Both the position numbers and the translations under genes were made by a program. Below, piece after piece: positions 58,328-64,000 of a stretch of DNA of 64,000 nucleotides. Position 1 is the stretch's first letter. Each line of letters opens with the position of its first letter. The DNA lies in the NCBI RefSeq assembly GCF_030013595.1, contig NZ_CP122768.1; one strand, 5' to 3'. The notes beneath the pieces are model-generated. The model did no database searches, was not told the DNA's origin, and saw nothing but the letters and a program-made list of their open reading frames with translations. The DNA is from Escherichia coli (GTDB taxonomy: Bacteria; Pseudomonadota; Gammaproteobacteria; Enterobacterales; Enterobacteriaceae).

Positions 58328-59391
58328 AACAGGTTTGCGTCCTCGGTAACGGGCAGTTAGGCCGTATGCTGCGCCAGGCAGGCGAACCGTTAGGCATTGC
58401 TGTCTGGCCAGTCGGGCTGGACGCTGAACCGGCGGCGGTGCCTTTTCAACAAAGCGTGATTACCGCTGAGATCGAACGCTGGCCGGAAACCGCATTAACC
58501 CGCGAGCTGGCGCGCCATCCGGCCTTTGTGAACCGCGATGTATTCCCGATTATTGCTGACCGTCTGACTCAGAAGCAGCTTTTCGACAAGCTTCACCTAC
58601 CGACCGCACCGTGGCAGTTACTTGCCGATCGCAGCGAGTGGCCTGCGGTGTTTGATCGTTTAGGTGAGCTGGCGATTGTTAAGCGTCGCACTGGTGGCTA
58701 TGACGGACGCGGTCAATGGCGTTTACGCGCCGATGAAACCGAACAGTTACCGGCTGAATCCTACGGCGAATGTATTGTCGAGCAGGGCATAAACTTCTCT
58801 GGTGAAGTGTCGCTGGTTGGCGCGCGCGGCTTTGATGGCAGCACCGTGTTTTATCCGCTGACGCATAACCTGCATCAGGACGGTATTTTACGCACCAGCG
58901 TCGCTTTCCCGCAGGCCAACGCGCAGCAACAGGCACAAGCTGAAGAGATGTTGTCGGCGATTATGCAGGAGCTGGGCTATGTGGGCGTGATGGCGATGGA
59001 GTGTTTTGTCACCCCGCAAGGTCTGCTGATCAACGAACTGGCTCCGCGTGTGCATAACAGCGGTCACTGGACACAAAACGGTGCCAGCATCAGCCAGTTT
59101 GAGCTGCATCTGCGGGCGATTACCGATCTGCCGTTACCGCAACCGGTAGTGAATAGCCCGTCGGTGATGATCAACCTGATTGGTAGCGATGTGAATTATG
59201 ACTGGCTGAAACTGCCGCTGGTGCATCTGCACTGGTACGACAAAGAAGTCCGTCCGGGCCGTAAAGTGGGGCATCTGAATTTAACCGACAGCGACACATC
59301 GCGTCTGACCGCGACGCTGGAAGCCTTAATCCCGCTGCTGCCGCCGGAGTATGCCAGTGGCGTGATTTGGGCGCAGAGTAAGTTCAGTTAA
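58324..59391 (+). CDS. purK: N5-carboxyaminoimidazole ribonucleotide synthase PurK
   Basis: 355-aa ATP-grasp protein, overlaps the purE stop. Confidence 0.95.
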   Translation: MKQVCVLGNGQLGRMLRQAGEPLGIAVWPVGLDAEPAAVPFQQSVITAEIERWPETALTRELARHPAFVNRDVFPIIADRLTQKQLFDKLHLPTAPWQLLADRSEWPAVFDRLGELAIVKRRTGGYDGRGQWRLRADETEQLPAESYGECIVEQGINFSGEVSLVGARGFDGSTVFYPLTHNLHQDGILRTSVAFPQANAQQQAQAEEMLSAIMQELGYVGVMAMECFVTPQGLLINELAPRVHNSGHWTQNGASISQFELHLRAITDLPLPQPVVNSPSVMINLIGSDVNYDWLKLPLVHLHWYDKEVRPGRKVGHLNLTDSDTSRLTATLEALIPLLPPEYASGVIWAQSKFS

Positions 59392-59414
59392 CCTGGTGCT
59401 CATATTCTTGCCGG

Positions 59415-59520
59415 ATTCGGCGTGAACGCCTTATCCGGCTTACCGCTCCGGTACCCATTGTAGGCCTGATAAGACGCGTCAAGCGTCGCATCAGGCATGG
59501 TGCGCCGATTGCCGGATGCT
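59415..59520. repeat. REP (repetitive extragenic palindromic) elements
   Basis: gcctgataagacgcgtcaagcgtcgcatcaggc and a related gccggat..atccggc palindrome between purK and the carbamate kinase gene. Confidence 0.7.
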
Positions 59521-59527
59521 CTCATCA

Positions 59528-60421
59528 CTACAGCGAAATACAGGTCCCCGCTTCGCCCGCCAGCGTCTCTTCAATCCGCGATAACGCCCCAATCCACGCA
59601 GGTTTGCCACGGCTTCTGACATAGCCACTCACCGCCATTACCTTCGGCCCCATCGAACCATCGGCTTTGGCAAATGGCGCTAACTCATCCGGTGTGGCAT
59701 GGCGAATGGCACGTTGCTGCGGCGTTCCCCAGTTTTCATATACCGCATCAGCATCGGTGAGGATCACCAGCCCATCGGCATTAATCTGCTCGGCGAGCAA
59801 CGCAGCGGCGAGATCTTTATCAATCACTGCTTCACTCCCTGCTCCGTCATCCGTCACAGGCACACCGCCGCCGCCACTGCAAATCACCACATGCCCCTCT
59901 TTGAGCAACAACTCGATGGCTTCGCTGTCGAGAATTTTACGCGGTTGCGGAGACGCCACCACCCGGCGCAAATATTTACCATCACGTTTCATCTGCCAGC
60001 CGTAAGCCGCTTCCAGTGCCTTTTGTTCTTCTGGCTGATAAACCGGACCGATAAACTTCTCTGGCTGCAAAAACGCCGGATCATCAGGCGAAACCTCAAT
60101 GCGCGTCAGCACCGTCGTCACGGGCGGCATCTGCGGCTGTGCGCTCAAGCTCTGCGCCAGCATATAGCCAATCATCCCCTGGCTTTCCGCCACCAGCACA
60201 TCCAGCGGATACGGTTCTACCTCTTTCCACGCCAGATTCTGTAACGCCAGCAGCCCCACCTGCGGCCCGTTGCCGTGAACAATCGCCAGCCGATAAGAAC
60301 GGGCCAGGCGCGCCAGCGCAGGTACAGCGCTGGCGATATTGCGATATTGATTTTCTGCCGTCAGCGCCTCACCGCGCTGAAGCAAGGCATTGCCCCCAAG
60401 AGCCACAACCAGTGTTTTCAT
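59528..60421 (-). CDS. ybcF: Carbamate kinase-like protein (YbcF / ArcC family)
   Basis: 297-aa amino-acid-kinase-fold ORF. Confidence 0.85.
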   Translation of the reverse strand: MKTLVVALGGNALLQRGEALTAENQYRNIASAVPALARLARSYRLAIVHGNGPQVGLLALQNLAWKEVEPYPLDVLVAESQGMIGYMLAQSLSAQPQMPPVTTVLTRIEVSPDDPAFLQPEKFIGPVYQPEEQKALEAAYGWQMKRDGKYLRRVVASPQPRKILDSEAIELLLKEGHVVICSGGGGVPVTDDGAGSEAVIDKDLAAALLAEQINADGLVILTDADAVYENWGTPQQRAIRHATPDELAPFAKADGSMGPKVMAVSGYVRSRGKPAWIGALSRIEETLAGEAGTCISL

Positions 60422-61233
60422 GGTTTTCCTTGTAATAATTGTTGACCAAGCCAGAACCCCAGCAGCGTATCTGCCCCTGACGTATGCCCCAGCGCCAGCA
60501 GCGAATCAATCGCAACAGCGGTACGTTTCGGGCAACTCAGAGCATGGACAAAGTGCAGGAGTGGCGAGGCGAAATATCCTTGCGCGGCATAACGTAAATA
60601 ACTGACGCTCACCGCTGTGGTAACGAGTTGAAGATTGTCGGAACAGGCAAAAAACTGGCGACCGGAGCGCGTATCTAAAGCGCCATAATACCAGGCCGCC
60701 AGCAGCATTCCGCTCAGCGTGTCATCATGACTTGGCGTTAATCCCGGACCTTTACCCAGCCAGTGCCGCCAGTCGGTCTTAACGCCATTGAGCGCGGCCT
60801 GAAAACAGTGACGAAACTGGCGTAATTCAGCAGGAAGCGGATCGCCTGCCGCCAACGCCAGTGGCCCGAAAAGCCCGGTTTCCTCCGCGCGTTGCATCCA
60901 TGCCGCTGCAAGCGGTTGAGGATGCGCAGGCGGCGTAATACGCAGCAAACAATAACGCTGTGGCTGTTTAACCGTGAAACGTCCGAGGCGAATCCCTTGA
61001 GCCACAACCTGTGGTCGTTCATTGCCGCATAATCCACCGCATAACGCATCGAATTGCGCGCGGCGAAGCACCCATCCTCCGGGGCCGAAACCACTACCCT
61101 GACGATGCAGCGTTAACAGTTCGCCGCTTTCCGTCATCAGGTTAATCGCCCGCCGCCACACTCCCGCTAACCGCCAGGACTGGCGATAATTCGGTGCGCT
61201 ACTACTGGCAAGCAGAGGATGGATGATCGTCAT
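60418..61233 (-). CDS. ylbF: YlbF (DUF2877 family)
   Basis: 271 aa from ATG at 61233 ([11 protein letters not shown]). Confidence 0.7.
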   Translation of the reverse strand: MTIIHPLLASSSAPNYRQSWRLAGVWRRAINLMTESGELLTLHRQGSGFGPGGWVLRRAQFDALCGGLCGNERPQVVAQGIRLGRFTVKQPQRYCLLRITPPAHPQPLAAAWMQRAEETGLFGPLALAAGDPLPAELRQFRHCFQAALNGVKTDWRHWLGKGPGLTPSHDDTLSGMLLAAWYYGALDTRSGRQFFACSDNLQLVTTAVSVSYLRYAAQGYFASPLLHFVHALSCPKRTAVAIDSLLALGHTSGADTLLGFWLGQQLLQGKP

Positions 61234-61243
61234 TGCGCGTTCC

Positions 61244-62503
61244 TCAACCAATCCCCATGCTTTCAGCCAGTGCTTCCAGCGCCTGTTCAAAGCACGCCAG
61301 CGGTGCCCGCACAGTGCCTGCGCCAATCTGCCCGATCCCCGCCTCTTTATGGGCGATACCGGTATTGATGAGTGGCGTAATGCCGGTTTCTACCACGCGA
61401 CGAATATCCAGCCCCAGGCACGCGCCCTGAAAATCCCAGCTTGGGATCTGCAACTGCATATTGCGTTCAAGGTAAATTTCCGCCATCTCTTCAGATACCG
61501 CTCTGGCCGCTTCCATGCCACCCGCACCGACAAAGCGCGTTACGCCAGGCGCTGCGATCATTGCCGCACCTCCGATACCAAAGGTTTCGGTAATTGCGCT
61601 ATCGCCCATATCCGGGTTCGCCTGCTCCTGCGAGAAGCCGGTGAAAAACAGACCTTGGGGAGTGTTTACAGGCGCAGTAAACCAGCGTTCGCCCAGCCCG
61701 CTGACCCGAATCCCGAACATATTGCCGTTGCGGGTCATAGCCGTGACGATGCTGCCTGCGCGGATCATCGCACCAGCATCCATCGCCGCCTTGCAGTAAG
61801 CCATCGCGAGGTTGAGGAAGAACTGATCGGTCACGCTGAGGAAATCCATCACTTCCGCGATGTGCTGTTTATCATGATCGAGGCGAGCAATTTGTGGGGC
61901 CAGCGCACGCATTAACAGTGCTGAGGAAGCAATATTGCGTTGATGGAACTCATCGCCCATGGTAATGCCCTGCGCCATCATCGCGGTAAGATCGATACCG
62001 TGCTCCATGCGCCCCAGCGCCGCGCTTAATACTGGCATTAACACATCGCGCATCCAGCGATGGCGAGTCAGGACATCTTCGCCGTAAGCGCCAAAACGCA
62101 TCACTTTGCCGATACCTTCGTTGAGGTTGCAGTACGCCCGGTTGCCGTCGGTCACGTTCTCGACCACCAGCATCGGCATACTGGCAGAAGTAATGCCGCC
62201 CATTGGCCCGACAGCATTCACATGGTGACAAGGAATGAAGTTCACTTCCCCCTGCTCCAGCATTGCCAGCGCCTGCGCTTCATCTTTCGCCCAGCCTTCA
62301 AACAGACATGCGCCCACACATGCCCCTTTCATGGGTCCGGTCATCTCCTGCCAGCGCATTGGCGGCCCGGCGTGAAGCAGTGTTTTGCCCTCGTTTAGTT
62401 CGCTGATAAGTGAAGAAGCCGGTTGCACATCCAGCCAGTGTGGACGAGCGCGACGAATTTGTTCGATAACCGCAGCATTGGCTTGCGCCACTGATGTAAA
62501 CAT
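61244..62503 (-). CDS. ylbE: YlbE (DUF1116 family), intact
   Basis: Single 419-aa ORF. Confidence 0.75.
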   Translation of the reverse strand: MFTSVAQANAAVIEQIRRARPHWLDVQPASSLISELNEGKTLLHAGPPMRWQEMTGPMKGACVGACLFEGWAKDEAQALAMLEQGEVNFIPCHHVNAVGPMGGITSASMPMLVVENVTDGNRAYCNLNEGIGKVMRFGAYGEDVLTRHRWMRDVLMPVLSAALGRMEHGIDLTAMMAQGITMGDEFHQRNIASSALLMRALAPQIARLDHDKQHIAEVMDFLSVTDQFFLNLAMAYCKAAMDAGAMIRAGSIVTAMTRNGNMFGIRVSGLGERWFTAPVNTPQGLFFTGFSQEQANPDMGDSAITETFGIGGAAMIAAPGVTRFVGAGGMEAARAVSEEMAEIYLERNMQLQIPSWDFQGACLGLDIRRVVETGITPLINTGIAHKEAGIGQIGAGTVRAPLACFEQALEALAESMGIG

Positions 62504-62512
62504 GGGAACCCC

Positions 62513-64000
62513 TTATTGCAAACGTTCTAATAAACGAGCCAGTTTTTTATTGCCGCCGGCGACTGGCGACCATTGGTAATGCACTACCGGTTTGCTGGCG
62601 CTTTGTAGCTCCAGCGCAAAGCTGCGTAATCCAATGTTAATCACGGCGACGTTTTCCAGTAATGACGGTGTATGTGGCTGTGCGGCAGGCGAGAGCGGAT
62701 GAATTAACGCTGCCGCCAGCAAGGTGGCTTCCGGTAGCGAACTCACGACCACAATCCCCGCATCTTCCAGCGTGGCGATTTGCTGCGAGCGGCATTGCGG
62801 GTCACGTTCGGTACCTGTCACCGTGGCAATGGCGTACAGCGGTTGGCTGTCTGAACGCGCGGCACAGGCTTTTTGCCAGGCGCTCACCAGCGAGGCAGCA
62901 GGATCGGCGGTCGCGCCGAAGCCAATCACGACATCAAGCAGCAACACGCGCACTTGCGGTTTAGCGCCGAGATCGGCAATTAACTGGTTGCGTAAGGTTG
63001 GGTCGATCATCGGATGGGGACGCCCGACGGTGTAGAAATCATCGCCGAGGTCAATGATCTGGTGACCATCGGCGTCCAGCATCATGCCGTGATGATGGGT
63101 ATCGTCGGCTTCCACGCCAAGGTGTCCGGCAAGTAATCCCGCCGCTTCGGCAGCCAGCGTACCGCCGGTATACAAACCGCAAATAAATCCGCTGCTGGCA
63201 GGCGTTATCGCGTTACGTCGCGCCGAGACGCGTGAAAGCAGGCAAGCCAGGCGTGCGGCCTCATCCAGCGAGGAGGCAAACCAGACATTCTCGTCGCGGG
63301 CCACCGCCGGGGTATAACCTAAAAACAGCGCCACCGTCGGTTTGCCAGTTGCTTTCATGGCATTAACAATTTTCAGACGCACAGCTTCGGCAGGTGGTTT
63401 TGAAACAAATGCCAGCACTTCGCTTTTCGCGTCGGCGCTTAACATTTCCAGCGCCGTTAGCGCACTGATGCCGCCCACTTCACGGCTGAGGTCGCGCCCG
63501 CCAAGACCAATCGCGTGAGTAATTCCCTCCTCTGCCAGCGCAATCTGTGAGCACAGCTCCTGAATCCCGGTACCGGAAGCGCCAATGACGCCAATGTTGC
63601 CTTCCGGCATCACGTTAGCAAAAGCCAGCGGCGTGGCGGCAATCATCGACGTACCGCAGTCCGGCCCCATCACCAGCAAGCCTTTATCGCGTGCGCGGGT
63701 TTTGAGTTGGATTTCATCTTCCAGCGTGACGTTATCGGAGAACATCATCACGTTGAGGTTGCGATCCAGCGCCTGATTCGCCAGCTCCGCCGCATACTCG
63801 CCAGCCACTGAAATCAGCGCCAGACTGGCATCGGGTAATTTCTGACAGGCACTGTCCCAGCGACGCACCTGCGTCAACGCCTGGCTGCTGCCTGAACCCT
63901 GCGCCAGTTGTTTTAGCGCCTCTTCAAGCTGTTGCATAATCGCCTGCGCGATCCCCGCATCCGCCGCTTCGCTACGAATTGCCACGCAAATATCGTTCGG
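62513..64000 (-). CDS. fdrA: FdrA (CoA-binding, succinyl-CoA-synthetase-alpha-like), 5' end beyond window
   Basis: ORF continues to the window edge; FdrA-like; N-terminus missing. Confidence 0.8.
   Translation of the reverse strand, partial: PNDICVAIRSEAADAGIAQAIMQQLEEALKQLAQGSGSSQALTQVRRWDSACQKLPDASLALISVAGEYAAELANQALDRNLNVMMFSDNVTLEDEIQLKTRARDKGLLVMGPDCGTSMIAATPLAFANVMPEGNIGVIGASGTGIQELCSQIALAEEGITHAIGLGGRDLSREVGGISALTALEMLSADAKSEVLAFVSKPPAEAVRLKIVNAMKATGKPTVALFLGYTPAVARDENVWFASSLDEAARLACLLSRVSARRNAITPASSGFICGLYTGGTLAAEAAGLLAGHLGVEADDTHHHGMMLDADGHQIIDLGDDFYTVGRPHPMIDPTLRNQLIADLGAKPQVRVLLLDVVIGFGATADPAASLVSAWQKACAARSDSQPLYAIATVTGTERDPQCRSQQIATLEDAGIVVVSSLPEATLLAAALIHPLSPAAQPHTPSLLENVAVINIGLRSFALELQSASKPVVHYQWSPVAGGNKKLARLLERLQ

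Overview
This window is Escherichia coli chromosome (argU / sfm fimbrial operon / folD-cysS-ppiB-lpxH-purEK region) carrying an apparently complete ~45.3 kb lambdoid prophage integrated into the 3' end of tRNA-Arg argU. The prophage is bounded by a 47-bp direct repeat (attL 860-906, attR 46112-46158 inside argU). All gene identities are from reading the six-frame translations and recalling known protein families; no database search was run. The prophage is mosaic: a DLP12-type integrase, Q antiterminator and phage-21-type lysis cassette; an intact nmpC porin; an e14-like immunity and replication region; a CPS-53-like yfdPQRST early module; and a lambda-like cos/packaging/head/tail module (Nu1 through J, lom, stf, tfa). 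Cargo genes ompT and a secreted alpha/beta-hydrolase peptidase sit next to attL. Points worth a second look: (1) an in-frame amber TAG in terminase large subunit A, so the prophage may be packaging-defective; (2) an unrecognised coiled-coil/zinc-ribbon gene on the opposite strand in the rex-equivalent position between cI and the early operon, with 13-bp direct repeats upstream, which is my best candidate for an undescribed exclusion/defence function; (3) a GC-rich structured non-coding leader with an intrinsic terminator and a long inverted repeat upstream of the early operon, in a phage with no recognisable N gene; (4) a LexA DNA-binding-domain-only protein and an orphan Dam methylase in the nin region; (5) origin iterons inside the replication initiator gene. 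The right ~18 kb is ordinary core genome.
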